A stretch of DNA of 64,000 bases from Ranitomeya imitator (taxonomy: Eukaryota), in the NCBI RefSeq assembly GCF_032444005.1, contig NC_091289.1, forward strand, positions 4,402,001 to 4,466,000. The letters are read 5' to 3'. Made by a program: the position numbers and the translations under genes. Under the pieces are notes generated by a model. The model worked only from the letters and a program-made list of their open reading frames with translations. It was not told the DNA's origin and did no database searches. This document shows positions 24,997-38,571 of this stretch, piece by piece (the first letter of the stretch is position 1; each line of letters begins with the position of its first letter).

Positions 24997-26013
24997 TTCC
25001 TGGAATCCCTGCTCACACACATCTGCTCCGGATCATATAGAACCACCTCCCGGGCAGGTATTATTGGGCCGAGGGTCTTCTCTTCAGGATGAGGGGCTTC
25101 TGAAATAACGACACACAGTACAAAGTGCCGTCCTAGAATATCTGACGATCACAAGGTGCCGGACGATCAGACTTTCTGTATGATCAGGTCCGGATGTTGC
25201 TAGTGATTGATTAGTATGAGTAGAATCTTTGCCACCTCTGACTCTGATATTGTAGTGTACCCCATTATCCCGGACCCCTGTAATCATCTCTGCACGTCGT
25301 GGCTCTGGCTTGTTCCTTTAGCGGATAGTTTATATTCCGGTTGCCATGGTAATAAGGAGCTTATCATTGTATCCGCCTGGTACTGATCACCGCTGATCCA
25401 CTCGATTTCCCAGGTGGTAACGGAAGATGCTAGAGTCTAAAACGCAGAGCTAAGCGGCAGGTATCGGGCTTCTTATCCCCACCAAAATGTAATCTGACGT
25501 TAACAAAAGATGGTGCTGCAACTTTGTAACAGTTTTTGCATTTTAATGTTTCATCATTACGATCTCTGCTTAATGTCAGGCTTAAAATTCATCAGGACAG
25601 AATAAAGCTGAGGCTTTGCTCCAGCGAAGGAAAAGCTGCAGACGAGAGGTTTGCATTCACTGACAGCAAGCGGAGGCCATGACAATGTGAAGCTCATGGA
25701 GATCACTGATTCTGCATTTTACATAATGAAGATCGACTGAGCAGATCCATAAAAATATTAAGATTCCAGCCAGCCGGACAGCCAGAGAATCGCACAAATC
25801 AACACAAAAGGCACCAAGCCGGAAAAGCCTCGTCCATGGGGCCGACGCAGACCGCGGGGACGACGCAGACCGCGGGGACGACGCAGACCGCGGGGACGAC
25901 GCCATCATACATGACATTAGGGAGCATCTGACAATTTCCACCTCGTCATTCATTGCTGAATTCCTGGAATGATCTCTGGGACAGACGGGACTTTGTCACC
26001 CGGATTCTAGGAA
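24997..26013. promoter_or_regulatory. Candidate STAT5 sites downstream of the HEMK1 stop
   Basis: TTCCTGGAA 24997-25005, TTCCTGGAA 25961-25969, TTCTAGGAA 26005-26013. Confidence 0.45.
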
Positions 26014-26512
26014 CTGGCAACAGTGCAGGATTCCAGGATGGAGGGGGAGGGGTGGCAGGGAAGATGGACGCCGAGGGAGGAGGAGGAGGGAAATCTGCCG
26101 GGTCACCATCCACTGATCAGACCACACCGCTGACAACCTGCCAGTATACATGTGTGACAGGTTGTCAGCTCCGCCTCCAGTGCTGGAATAAAGATCTGAT
26201 CAATAGACATAAGAAAGCAATACCCGCATCAGATTGATTGATCGCTGCGGCTGTCATTTCTGGGGTCTGGGGGTGGTGTACAGGGGGCTTCATCTATATT
26301 TGAGACACACATGCTCCAGACACATTTCTCATTTCTTCCCATTATGTATCACTTTCAATAGAGCATCCTCATTTCCTGGAGCTGAGATACACCTGTATGG
26401 AGGGATGGATACCTCACTAGTGACTTGTCTGCAGTGTCAGTGCACAGGGCTAAGATACACCACTATGGAGGGATGGATACCTCACTAGTGACTTGTCCCG
26501 GTGTCCGCAGTG

Positions 26513-29500
26513 TCAGTGCTCGGAGCTTTGTCTCCTCCGTAGATGGATGAAGCGAGGTCTGAGGAAAAAGATGAACAGAAGTCAGACATTGGGGCCGGAC
26601 AGGAGAGGAACAATGAGATGTATGAGTGAGGACAGACGTTGTATGCTACAGAGATGGGCACTGCACAGTGCTGCCCTCGCCCGCAGAGCTCACCCTGCCC
26701 CTCGCCCGCAGGGCTCACCCTACCCCTCGCCCGCAGAGCTCACCCTGCCCCTCGCCCGCAGGGCTCACCCTACCCCTCGCCCGCAGAGCTCACCCTTCCC
26801 CTCGCCCGCAGAGCTCACCCTGCCCCTCGCCCGCAGGGCTCACCCTGCCCCTCGCCGTAGAGCTCACCCTGCCCCTCGCCCGCAGAGCTCACCCTGCCCC
26901 TCGCCGTAGAGCTCACCCTTCCCCTCGCCGTAGAGCTCACCCTGCCCCTCGCCCGCAGAGCTCACCCTGCCCCTCGCCCGCAGAGCTCACCCTGCCCCTC
27001 GCCCGCAGAGCTCACCCTTCCCCTCGCCGTAGAGCTCACCCTGCCCCTCGCCCGCAGAGCTCACCCTGCCCCTCGCCCGCAGGGCTCACCCTTCCCCTCG
27101 CCGTAGAGCTCACCCTGCCCCTCGCCCGCAGAGCTCACCCTGCCCCTCGCCGTAGAGCTCACCCTTCCCCTCGCCGTAGAGCTCACCCTGCCCCTCGCCC
27201 GCAGAGCTCACCCTACCCCTCGCCCGCAGAGCTCACCCTTCCCCTCGCCGTAGAGCTCACCCTGCCCCTCGCCCGCAGGGCTCACCCTGCCCCTCGCCCG
27301 CAGGGCTCACCCTGCCCCTCGCCCGCAGAGCTCACCCTGCCCCTCGCCCGCAGGGCTCACCCTGCCCCTCGCCCGCAGGGCTCACCCTGCCCCTCGCCCG
27401 CAGGGCTCACCCTGCCCCTCGCCCGCAGAGCTCACCCTTCCCCTCGCCCACAGAGCTCACCCTGCCCCCCCCTGTAGAGCTCACCTTGCCCCTCGCCCGC
27501 AGAGCTCACCTTGCCCCTCGCCCGCAGGGCTCACCCTGCCGCTCACCCTGCCCCGCCCGCAGAGCTCACCCTGCCCCTCGCCCGCAGGGCTCACCCTGCC
27601 CCTCGCCCGCAGGGCTCACCCTGCCCCTCGCCCGCAGGGCTCACCCTGCCCCTCGCCCGCAGGGCTCACCCTGCCCCTCGCCCGCAGAGCTCACCCTGCC
27701 CCTCTCCCGCAGAGCTCACCCTGCCCCCCCACCTGTAGAGCTCACCTTGCCCCTCGCCCGCAGGGCTCACCCTGCCGCTCACCCTGCCCCGCCCGCAGAG
27801 CTCACCCTGCCCCTCGCCCGCAGGGCTCACCCTGCCCCTCGCCCGCAGAGCTAACCCTGCCCCCCGCCCGCAGAGCTCACCTTGCCCCTCGCCCGCAGAG
27901 CTCACCTTGCCCCTCGCCCGCAGAGCTCACCCTGCCCCTCGCCCGCAGAGCTCACCCTGCCCCTCGCCCGCAGAGCTCACCCTGCCCCTCGCCCGCAGAG
28001 CTCACCCTGCCCCTCGCCCGCAGGGCTCACCCTGCCCCCCCCCCCCACCTGTAGAGCTCACCTTGCCCCTCGCCCGCAGAGCTCACCCTGCCCCCCTCCC
28101 CACCTGTAGAGCTCACCTTGCCCCTCGCCCGCAGGGCTCACCCTGCCCCTCGCCCACAGAGCTAACCCTGCCCCCCGCCTGCAGAGCTCACCTTGCCCCT
28201 CGCCCGCAGAGCTCACCCTGCCCCTCGCCCGCAGAGCTCACCCTGCCCCTCGCCCGTAGATCTCACCCTGCCCCTCGCCCGCAGATCTCACCCTGCCGCT
28301 CACCCTGCCCCCTGCCCCTATCCCTGTAGGTTATCATTACGGGCAGCCTGGTGACAGGTGGCCCCCCGTCTTTTGTGCACCTTATTTTGGGGGGGTAATA
28401 ATCAGAGTTACAAAGCTGTAAGTGATTGATACACTGCGAGTTATTGGCAAACATGGCACAATATGGAGCAGGTACACAGTGAACGGTCTGCCACACACAT
28501 GAATATCTTACTTACTTGCCGCAGAAATCCTTCACTATATTCAGGAGCTGTAGTCGCCCCTCTGGGTGGTCTTCCAGCCATTTTTGCACCATCTCAGGAT
28601 GCCGAGGATCCCCCTCCAGATAAACATCACTGGAAATTGAAGGAACAGCAGACATTGGAGACCCTGAACATCCAAGCCCCCCCCCCCCCCCATCAACTGC
28701 AGAAGTCGCGATAAGGTCACGTACCCCCCGTCCTTTAGCATGAGCGGTGCAAGACGTAGGATCCCCTTCATCACATCCATGCCATCGAGACCCCCATGTA
28801 ATGCTGAGTGGTCTTCATATCTAGGAACATGGCACAGGCTGGAAGAGCTCAGGCTAATAATAGGGGGATACAGACAGGAGACCCTTGGCCCTCAGACTAA
28901 TAATAGGGGGATACAGACAGGAGACCCTCGGCCCCATACAGCACCCACCTGAGGATCTCCGGCTCCAGCTGACTCATGTCCTCTGTACATATATAGGGCG
29001 GATTACTGACCACCGCAGACACGGCCCCCAGATCCAGAAGTCGCTCTATGGGATCTGCGTTGTGAGGAAGGAGGTCAGTAACGCACCAGATACAATGTCT
29101 GTGACACTACAACTCTCAGCATGCTGGGAGGGCGCACACTGCAAATCACTGACTCATAAAATCGCAATTCTACAATGACATCCACGATGGGAGTTATCCC
29201 CCAAGAAAGTGTCTCCCAGGCCCCCAATAGGAAGAAAGTACTGTGCCGATCAGCAGAGGAAACACTGCGCTGCCGAGCGTCCACATCTCACCGGTCAAAA
29301 CGTCGTGCTGCAGAAGGTGAAGTCTGTGCTGCAGGCCGAGCCTGGAGGAAGGAGCAACAGAGTCAGGAGCTGCGCGGAGCTCGTATCTGCGCTCCTAGTT
29401 CAGGGACCTACCTCACGGCGTTATCCCGGGTCAGACTCACAGCGGCCTTGGATTTATCTATGGCGATGACGCGCACCTAAGAGACATGGAGAGGCAGAGG

Positions 29501-32500
29501 GTAAATACGGGGAGCGCAGGGTACGGCCGGGGAGGGAGGGGTACGGCCGGGGTACAGCTGGGGAGCGCAGGGTACGTCCGGGGAGCGCGGGGTACGTCCG
29601 GGGAGCGCGGGGTACGTCCGGAAAGCGCGGGGGTGCGTCCGGAGAGCGCGGGGTGCGTCCGGAGAGCGCGGGGTGCGTCCGGAGAGCGCGGGGTGCGTCC
29701 GGAGAGCGCGGGGTGCGTCCGGAGAGCGCGGGGTGCGTCCGGAGAGCGCGGGGTGCGTCCGGAGAGCGCGGGGTGCGTCCGAGTAGGGCGGGGGAACATC
29801 CAGGGATGGCGGGGAACGCCTGGAGTGGGCGAGGTACGCACGGGGTACGTCCGGGGAGCGCGGGGTACGTCCGGGGAGCGCGGGGTACGTCCGGGGAGCG
29901 CGGGGAACATCCGGGGACGGCAGGGAACGCCCGGAGGGGGCGGGGTACGCCCAGGGAGAGTGGGGTACGTCCGGAGAGCGCAGAGTCAACTCATCACGAT
30001 GCATCACAGGAAACAGCGGTAGGAGGGACAGAGAGTGTGGGCGTGATGGCGGAGGTCCCTTTACCTGAGGGATCCTCCGGAGTAACGCCAAGGACACAGC
30101 TCCTGATCCACAGCCAACCTCTAGTATGGAGTCCTCGGCAGAACGGTGCAGCTCCTCGCAGTCGGCCACCACCAGCCCCACGAGCTCCTGCATCAGAGAC
30201 ACAACATCACTACAACGGCCATACTGCACGGGTGACCACAAGTCTCCTCCCTCTTGTTATTGAGGCTCGTCCCTCTAGGAGCGGTACACCTCTGAACGGA
30301 GCAGAGCTGCAGTGTAAAGCATGAAAGGGAGGAGCAGGAGACGGAGCTGTGGAGGTGATAAAATGGAGCAGACGAGGCAGCTAAGAAGCCCTGACCCTCT
30401 CCTACCTCCGTCTCCGGCCGCGGGATCAGCACTGGGGGTCTCATTTCTAGCGTCATGTCCAGGAAGTCCCATTCTCCAATTATATATTGGACGGGAACCC
30501 TGGAGGTGAGAAAAACATGAAGGACGAGTCCAGGCTCTGCCCAAAAGAAGGCTGCAGAGCGAGGGGGACAGGAGGCCGAGAACGGTGCGAGCCCTAAAGC
30601 CACTGCCTGTGTGGCAGAACAGCACCGGTGTGAGGAGCGAGCACTGCACATATACTCAGCAGTGTGTACTGTATATAGAGTGAATCGACGCGCTCCGCTC
30701 CACACACTGTATATACGAGGAGACGTCACGCTCCGCTACACACACTGTATATACGAGGAGACGTCACGCTCCGCTACACACACTGTATATACGAGGAGAC
30801 GTCGCGCTCCGCTCCACACACTGTATATACGAGGAGACGACGCGCTCCGCTCCACACACTGTATATACGAGGAGACGTCACGCTCCGCTCCACACACTGT
30901 ATATACGAGGAGACGTCACGCTCCACACACTGTATATACGAGGAGACGACGCGCTCCGCTCCACACACTGTATATACGAGGAGACGTCACGCTCCGCTAC
31001 ACACACTGTATATACGAGGAGACGTCGCGCTCCGCTCCACACACTGTATATACGAGGAGACGTCACGCTCCGCTCCACACACTGTATATACGAGGAGACG
31101 TCACGCTCCACACACTGTATATACGAGGAGACGACGCGCTCCGCTCCACACACTGTATATACGAGGAGACGTCACGCTCCGCTACACACACTGTATATAC
31201 GAGGAGACGTCGCGCTCCGCTCCACATACTGTATATATACGAGGAGACGTCGCGCTCCGCTCCACACACTGTATATACGAGGAGACGACGCGCTCCGCTC
31301 CACACACTGTATATACGAGGAGACGTCACGCTCCGCTACACACACTGTATATACGAGGAGACGTCGCGCTCCGCTACACACACTGTATATACGAGGAGAC
31401 GTCGCGCTCCGCTCCACACACTGTATATACGAGGAGACGTCACGCTCCACACACTGTATATACGAGGAGACGACGCGCTCCGCTCCACACACTGTATATA
31501 CGAGGAGACGTCACGCTCCACACACTGTATATACGAGGAGACGACGCGCTCCGCTCCACACACTGTATATACGAGGAGACGTCACGCTCCGCTCCACACA
31601 CTGTATATACAAGGAGACGTCACGCTCCACACACTGTATATACGAGGAGACGTCACGCTCCGCTCCACACACTGTATATACGAGGAGACGTCATGCTCCA
31701 CACACTGTATATACGAGGAGACGTCACGCTCCGCTCCACTCACTTTATATACGAGGAGAAGTCATGCTCCACACACTGTATATACGAGGAGACGTCATGC
31801 TCCACACACTGTATATACGAGACGTCACGCTCCGCTCCACACACTGTATATACGAGGAGACGACGCGCTCCGCTCCACACACTGTATATACGAGGAGACG
31901 ACACGCTCCGCTCCACACACTGTATATACGAGGAGACGTCGCGCTCCGCTCCACACACTGTATATACGAGGAGACGTCACGCTCCGCTCCATACACTGTA
32001 TATACGAGGAGACGTCACGCTCCGCTCCACACACTGTATATACGAGGAGACGTCACGCTCCGCTCCACACACTGTATATACGAGGATATGACGCGCTCCG
32101 CTCCACACACTGTATATACGAGGAGACGACGCACTCCGCTCCACACACTGTATATACGAGGAGACGTCATGCTCCACACACTGTATATACGAGGAGACGT
32201 CACGCTCCGCTCCACACACTGTATATATGAGGAGACGTCACGCTCCGCTCCACACACTGTATATACGAGGAGATGTCACGCTCCGCTCCACACACTGTAT
32301 ATACGAGGAGACATCGCGCTCCGCTCCACAGACTGTATATACGAGGAGACATCGCGCTCCGCTCCACACACTGTATATACGAGGAGACGTCACGCTCCGC
32401 TCCACACACTGTATATACGAGGAGACGTCACGCTCCACACACTGTATATACGAGGAGACGAAGCGCTCCGCTCCACACACTGTATATACGAGAGTTGCGC

Positions 32501-33912
32501 TCCACACACTGTATATACGAGGAGACGTCACGCTCCGCTCCACACACTGTATATGCGAGGAGAGAGTCACGCTCCACACACTGTATATACGTGGAGACGT
32601 CACGCTCCGCTCCACACACTGTATATACACTGGGTTCATTGTTCCGGGAAGCTGTGATTCATCTGTTACTTAACCACTATAATAAAGGATCGAGGCCAGG
32701 AGGAATCCTACAATCGTCAGTGACGCTGCACATACAAGTCACCTTTACATAACCCTAATCTGCACTGCAGCTCTTCCCTTGTGCTTCAGCCACATCCAGA
32801 GCTGCAGACACTGAACCAGCAGGGACATGTGACGTCCTGGAACCAACAGATGAGGAACCAGCAGAACCATGAATGCAGCTCTGCATGTGACTTGTGATCA
32901 GGACAAGATGAATGAAGTTAAGGATTTTAATACTGAGATTCACAAGTGATGAGACGCGTGAGATCAGTAACGTGCGGCGGAGCGCACTCACCTCTTCAGA
33001 CGTTGTTGTGCCATTTTCTCTACAAGCAGCAGCTGATCGGCAGACACTGGAGAACGCGCTGCGCAGGATCCGATACTGTGCATCTGCCAGACAGAAAAAG
33101 GGATCTGTGAGGACGTGAGCACCCCCCCAACCGGAGCACCCCCACTACCGTAGCACCCCCACCACCGGAGCAACCCCACCACCAGAGCACTCCCACCACC
33201 GGAGCACCCCCACCCGTTGCAGCACCCCACCACCGGGGCACCCTCCCAACTTGAGCACCCCCACCACCGCAGCACTCCCCCGCTGGAGTAACCCCACCAC
33301 CAGAGCAACCCCACCACCAGAGCACTCCCACTCCCCCCCACTGGAGCACCCCCACCACCACTGGAGCACCCCGACTACCAGTGCACCCCCACCACCAACA
33401 GAGCACAGAAGAGAAACCACAGGAACCTGTATTGCAAAAGCAGTGAAACAACAGATATGATCATGGAGCAGCTGCCAGATGCCTATGTCCCCTCCAAACT
33501 TAACCCATCTATCCTCACCTCCTTTTCCAGACCCCCCACTCCATTCCTCCAGACCCCCCCCCCCCACACTCCATTCCTCCAGACCCCCCCCCCCCCCACT
33601 CCATTCCTCCAGACCCCCCTCCCCCACACTCCATTCCTCCCCCCCCCCACTCCATTCCTCCAGACCCCAGTTCAGTCCCTTCCTCCAGACCCTCTTCTGC
33701 CCTCAGGATCTTGCACTCACCGTCTTTGCTCCCAGTGCATGAGCGATTAGTATTTGGCTGGAGTCCTCGGGCTCAGGGATCCCATGTTGATGGAAGACTT
33801 TCTCCCAGTATGATGCCAGTTTACCCGCTGTCATTCCTGTTGCCCCCATCCTACGGCACGGCACTGGTATATGGGCAACTTTGGCAAGAAACTGGCGCAG
33901 TAAAGGTTGCAT
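26513..33912 (-). CDS. HEMK1: HemK/PrmC-family mitochondrial release factor glutamine methyltransferase; complement(join(26513..26558,28516..28629,28725..28820,28949..29054,29292..29341,29412..29476,30065..30187,30406..30499,32992..33083,33721..33912)), 325 aa
   Basis: Ten exons with GT-AG ends sum to 978 nt in frame. Motifs: [41 protein letters not shown]...[14 protein letters not shown]-binding LEVGCGSG, catalytic [28 protein letters not shown]...[12 protein letters not shown]. The Arg/Leu-rich N-terminus is compatible with a mitochondrial presequence. Confidence 0.95.
26670..28320. repeat. GC-rich minisatellite, 25-bp unit, HEMK1 last intron
   Basis: GCCCCTCGCCCGCAGAGCTCACCCT repeated. 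Confidence 0.92.
29500..29990. repeat. GC-rich minisatellite, 20-bp unit, HEMK1 intron
   Basis: GTCCGGAGAGCGCGGGGTGC repeated. Confidence 0.88.
30690..32628. repeat. Minisatellite, 33-38-bp unit, HEMK1 intron
   Basis: CACACACTGTATATACGAGGAGACGTCACGCTCCGCTC repeated. Confidence 0.92.
33118..33665. repeat. C-rich short tandem arrays, HEMK1 intron
   Basis: CCACCACCGGAGCACCCC-like units at 33118-33400 and CACTCCATTCCTCCAGACCCCC units at 33530-33665. Confidence 0.75.
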
Positions 33913-34699
33913 GACCTGCAGGACAAAGAAAAACTCTGTGGAGTTCCCACAATACATAGATGGTACTATAATGGCCAGATCGCAGCCCGATGCTCGGCCA
34001 CTGCTGCTCGGCCGCCGCTGCCAACCACTCACACCTAATGCCCTCAGTGCCTTCTCTTCTGCCTGCCCCATGGGACTATGCATCACTCGCTGTACATCCG
34101 GATTCATGAACAGAATGTCAGCACTACACACAGAAGAGCGGCAGCAATCAGGAGGCTGGATCTGTGTCAGTGCATGTGCCGTTCAGGACATGTGGAAAGC
34201 TGGGTGACCACGAGCGCCATCATGGGGCTCATGGTGGCGATGGCACGCTCAGGTGTTTTTTTATTATGATGCAGAGAACATCAGAGGAATTACGATCCGC
34301 GGACACGGCGCGTCTACATCAGCTCCAGGAATTCAGGGCGGCGGCCGATCCTCCTCGGATCACTGGAAACCGGCACCAGGACTGCCCAAAAAAGTGCCCG
34401 AGTCAGAGTGCAGGCGTCAGCCGGACATGTGCTCGGCAGTAATGGCGTCATATGGCGGTATAATGTGAGGGCGGTATCATAGGACAAGGCCCGGCCGACT
34501 AATGACCTGACGGCGGCGTAGGTATCCACAGAGCTGACGGTGACTGGCCCCGCGGCAGGCGGCACTTGCACCAGCGCTGTGTTTTGGCTCCTGGGCGCTG
34601 CGTGGCATTACCTCCCTGTATGGGGCAGAATTATGTAGGCACACAGGGCAGGCGCCAAGATGGCAGTAATCCGGCACAGCTGAGGCCACCGATAGGCTG

Positions 34700-36022
34700 C
34701 CAGGGGGTGCTTCGGACTGTAGGGGGGGGGGTGCTTCCGACTGTAGGGGGGGGGGGGGTGCTCCAGACTGATGGGGGGGGAAGGTGCTCCGGACTGATGG
34801 GGGGGGGGGGGGGGGAAGGTGCTACTGACTGTTTTCGGGGGGTGCGCCGGACTGTTGGGGGGGGGTGCTCCGGACTGTAGGGGGGGTGTGCTCCGGACTG
34901 TTGGGGGGGGGGGGGTGCTCCAGACTGATGGGGGGGGAAGGTGCTCCGGACTGATGGGGGGGGGGGAAGGTGCTCCGGACTGATGGGGGGGAAGGTGCTA
35001 CTGACTGTTTTCGGGGGTGCTCCGGACTGTTGGGGGGGGGTGCTCCAGACTGTTGGGGGGGGTGCTCCAGACTGTTGGGGGGGGGCTCCAGACTGTTGGG
35101 GGGGGGGGGGGCTCCAGACTGTTGGGGGAGGGGGAGAGGGGCGCCGGACTGTTGGGGGGGGGTGCTCCAGACTGTTGGGTGAGGGGCGCCGGACTGCTGG
35201 GGGGTGCCCCCGGACTGTTGGGGGGGTGCTCTAGACTGTTGGGGGGGGGGCTCCGGACTGTTGGGGGGGGGTGCTCCAGACTGTTGGGTGAGGGGCGTTG
35301 GACTGTTGGGGGGGGGGGTGCCCCGTTGGGGGGGGGGTGCTCCAGACTGTTGGGGGGGGGGGTGCTCCAGACTGTTGGGGGGGGTGCTCCAGACTGTTGG
35401 GTGAGGGGCGGTGGACTGTTGGGGGGGGGGGTGCCCCGTTGGGGGGGGGTGCCCCGGACTGCTGGGGGGGCTGGGGGGGGGCTCCGGACTGTTGGGGGGG
35501 GGGGTGCTCCGGACTGTTGGGGGGGGGGTGCTCCAGACTGTTGGGGGGGGGTGCTCCAGACTGTTGGGGGGGGGGGTGCTCCAGACTGTTGGGGGGGGGG
35601 GTGCTCCAGACTGTTGGGGGGGGGTGCTCCAGACTGTTGGGGGGGGGTGCTCCGGACTGTTGGGGGTGGGGGGGGGGTGCTCCAGACTGTTGGGGGGGGT
35701 GCTCCGGACTATTGGGGGTGGGGGGGTGCTGCGGACTGTCGGGGGGGTGCTCCGGACTGTTGGGGGGTGGGGGCTCCGGACAGTTGGGGGGTGCTCCAGG
35801 ACAGTTGGGGGGTGCTCCGGACTGTTGGGGGGGTCATCGAGACTGTTGGGGGGGTGCTCCGGACTATTGGGGGGGGGGTGCTGCGGACTGTTGGGGGGTG
35901 CTCCGGACTGTTGGGGGGGTGATCGAGACTGTTGGGGGGGGGGGTGCTGCGGACTGTTGGGGGGGTGCTCCGGACTATTGGGGGGGGGGGGTGCTGCGGA
36001 CTGTTGGGGGGGTGCTCCGGAC
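34700..36022. repeat. G-rich minisatellite, ~22-24-bp unit with long G tracts
   Basis: GGTGCTCC(A/G)GACTGTTGGGGGG(G)n repeated. Confidence 0.9.
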
Positions 36023-36659
36023 TCGTCGGTTGCTTTCTTTTTTACAGGTGTAATAAGAGGAACGGATGACCATGACAACACACTGCACAGCGGCTGGAGG
36101 GGAAGCACCTGAACGCTGCCCGCGCCGCCATATTGTGCCATTTTCTGCCGCTGTCGTCGCCTCAGGCCGCTCCACATATTTTGTACATTTCTGCTTAATA
36201 AACTTGCAAAAAGAAAAAAAGTTAAAGTGAAAAAGAAAGTAAGAACTGACTTTAGTCTCGTCTCTGAATCACTGAGGTGGAACTACCAGTCGCAGCATGT
36301 CCAGAGGGCGAGGCGAGACATGCTTGGCCTTGTGGTGTCACATGAAGCCTATGGCAGTGTAGAGCAGTCACCTGCCTCCGGGGCTGAGCGATAACGGCAC
36401 CGGGAACTAATCCTACCTGGCAGCTGAGGGGTTAACGGAGCACTGTGACATGAACGGACATACCACTTCCGGAATCTCCAGAAAACGAAGCACCAGAACA
36501 TTAGTTCCTAAAGGTTCCGTTTCTTTCCTGCGCATGACCATTGTTGTCCTTTTCTGTTTTCGTCTTCATCCCCGTAGACATTTTGGAAATGCCATCGCGG
36601 TAACTATGGCAGCATTTGTGGTCCTTACTCCTTCCCAGTATGGGTATGCCTGCGCCCGT

Positions 36660-36980
36660 AGTAAAGATGGCGGCGCTCTATCACTTAGCTTTTGTTCCTT
36701 TCCGTATACAATCAGCGCATGCGTAGTGAGACAACAAAAATTCCCTTTACCTTACATAGGGAGTGACAGGACTATTAACCAATCGGAGGCGGGTAGTGTC
36801 TAACATTGGGCGGGGCTAAGCAGTCTGTCACAGGAGGAATTGGCTCGTGAGGAGACTCCAGATAGAAGGAGGGGACCCGGACCGGGCCCGAGAGGGGCGC
36901 CACAGCGGCCGAGCAGCCCCCGGAGCCACAGGTGAGCGCTCACCCCACACAGGGCTGCGGAACTACAAGTCCCAGCACGG
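36660..36980. promoter_or_regulatory. Bidirectional HEMK1/C3orf18 promoter (CpG-rich)
   Basis: YY1-type AAGATGGCGGCG 36664-36675; NRF1-like GCGCATGCGT 36715-36724; CCAAT 36779-36783 and ATTGG 36805-36809; GC box GGGCGGGGC 36808-36816; ZNF143/THAP11-type ACTACAAGTCCCAGCA 36962-36977. Candidate non-coding first-exon donors: CAG|GTGAGC at 36931 (+) and AAG|GTAAAG at 36751 (-). Confidence 0.75.
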
Positions 36981-37084
36981 AGTACAGTGTGCTCACTCCT
37001 TATAGTGCAGGCGGATGGGCCACAGCGCGAGAGCTCTGCCACACGGACCCCCCTCCTGCGACATCTACTTATCGTTGTGCGGGC

Positions 37085-37670
37085 TGCACTCACCTCCAGA
37101 GCTGCACTCCAGTCACCTCCAGAGCTGGACTCCATCGTGTGTCTGTACTCCAGTCACCTCCAGAGCTGCACTCCATCGTGTGTCTGTACTCCAGTCACCT
37201 CCAGAGCTGCGCTCCATCGTGTGTCTGTACTCCAGTCACCTCCAGAGCTGCGCTCCATCGTGTGTCTGTACTCCAGTCACCTCCAGAGCTGCGCTCCATC
37301 GTGTGTCTGTACTCCAGTCACCTCCAGAGCTGCGCTCCATCGTGTGTCTGTACTCCAGTCACCTCCAGAGCTGCGCTCCATCGTGTGTCTGTACTCCAGT
37401 CACCTCCAGAGCTGCACTCCATCGTGTGTCTGTACTCCAGTCACCTCCAGAGCTGCACTCCATCGTGTGTCTGTACTCCAGTCACCTCCAGAGCTGCGCT
37501 CCATCGTGTGTCTGTACTCCAGTCACCTCCAGAGCTGCGCTCCTTATATTGTGTGTTTGTACTCCAGTCACCTCCAGAGCTGCACTCCTTCTTATATAGT
37601 GTGTTTATACGCCAGTCACCTCCAGAGCTGCACTCCTTCTTATATAGTGTGTTTATACTTTAGTCACCTC
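37085..37670. repeat. Minisatellite, 41-bp unit, C3orf18 intron 1
   Basis: CAGTCACCTCCAGAGCTGCACTCCATCGTGTGTCTGTACTC repeated. Confidence 0.9.
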
Positions 37671-38520
37671 TGGGAGGTGTGCGGGAGTAGGAGGAGGCAC
37701 AGGGGGATGTGTGGGAGGAGGGAGGCACAGGGAGATGTGCGGGAGTAGGAGGAGGCACGGGGATGTGTGGGAAGAGGGAGGCACAGGGGGATGTGCGGGA
37801 GGAGGAGGCACGGGGGATGGACGAGAGGAGGAGGCACAGGGGATGGACGAGAGGAGGAGGCACGGGGGATGGACGGGAGGAGGAGGCACGGGGATGGACG
37901 GGAGGAGGAGCACGGGGGGATGGACGGGAGAAGGAGGCACGGGGGATGGACGGAAGGAGGAGGCACAAGGGGGATGTGCGGGAGGAGGAGGCACGGGGGA
38001 TGGACGAGAGGAGGAGGCACGGGGGATGGACGGGAGGAGGAGCACGGGGGGATGGACGGGAGAAGGAGGCACGGGGGATGGACGGAAGGAGGAGGCACGG
38101 GGGGATGGACGGGAGAAGGAGGCACGGGGGATGGATGGGAGGAGGAGGCACAAGGGGGATGGACGGGAGGAGGAGGCACGGGGGATGGACGGGAGGAGGA
38201 GGCACGGGGGATGGACGGGAGAAGGAGGCACGGGGGATGGACGGAAGGAGGAGGCACGGGGGGATGGACGGGAGAAGGAGGCACGGGGGATGGATGGGAG
38301 GAGGAGGCACAAGGGGGATGGACGGGAGGAGGAGGCACGGGGGGATGGACGGGAGGAGGAGGCACAAGGGGGATGGACGGGAGAAGGAGGCACGGGGGGA
38401 TGGACGGGAGGAGGAGGCACAATGGGGATGCACGGGAGGAGGAGGCACAAGGGGGATGTGCGTGAGGAGGGAGGCACGGGGGGGGGGGGGGAGGATGGAC
38501 GGGAGGAGGAGGGTTGGGGG
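37670..38520. repeat. Purine-rich minisatellite, ~27-30-bp unit
   Basis: GGGGGATGGACGGGAGGAGGAGGCAC repeated. Confidence 0.88.
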
Positions 38521-38571
38521 GGGTGTGACACCATTCTATTGTAGTGATTTTCTGGCGTTTAACCCCTAGTG

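Noticed and set aside
24790-26240. Short ORFs downstream of HEMK1, including an (SSPRSA)3 repeat
   Set aside because: Frequent stops and no recognisable homology; better explained as HEMK1 3' UTR or intergenic DNA with an 18-bp triplication.
36224-36240. IRF-like AAAGTGAAAAAGAAAG
   Set aside because: It lies in an A-rich low-complexity tail where such matches arise by chance.
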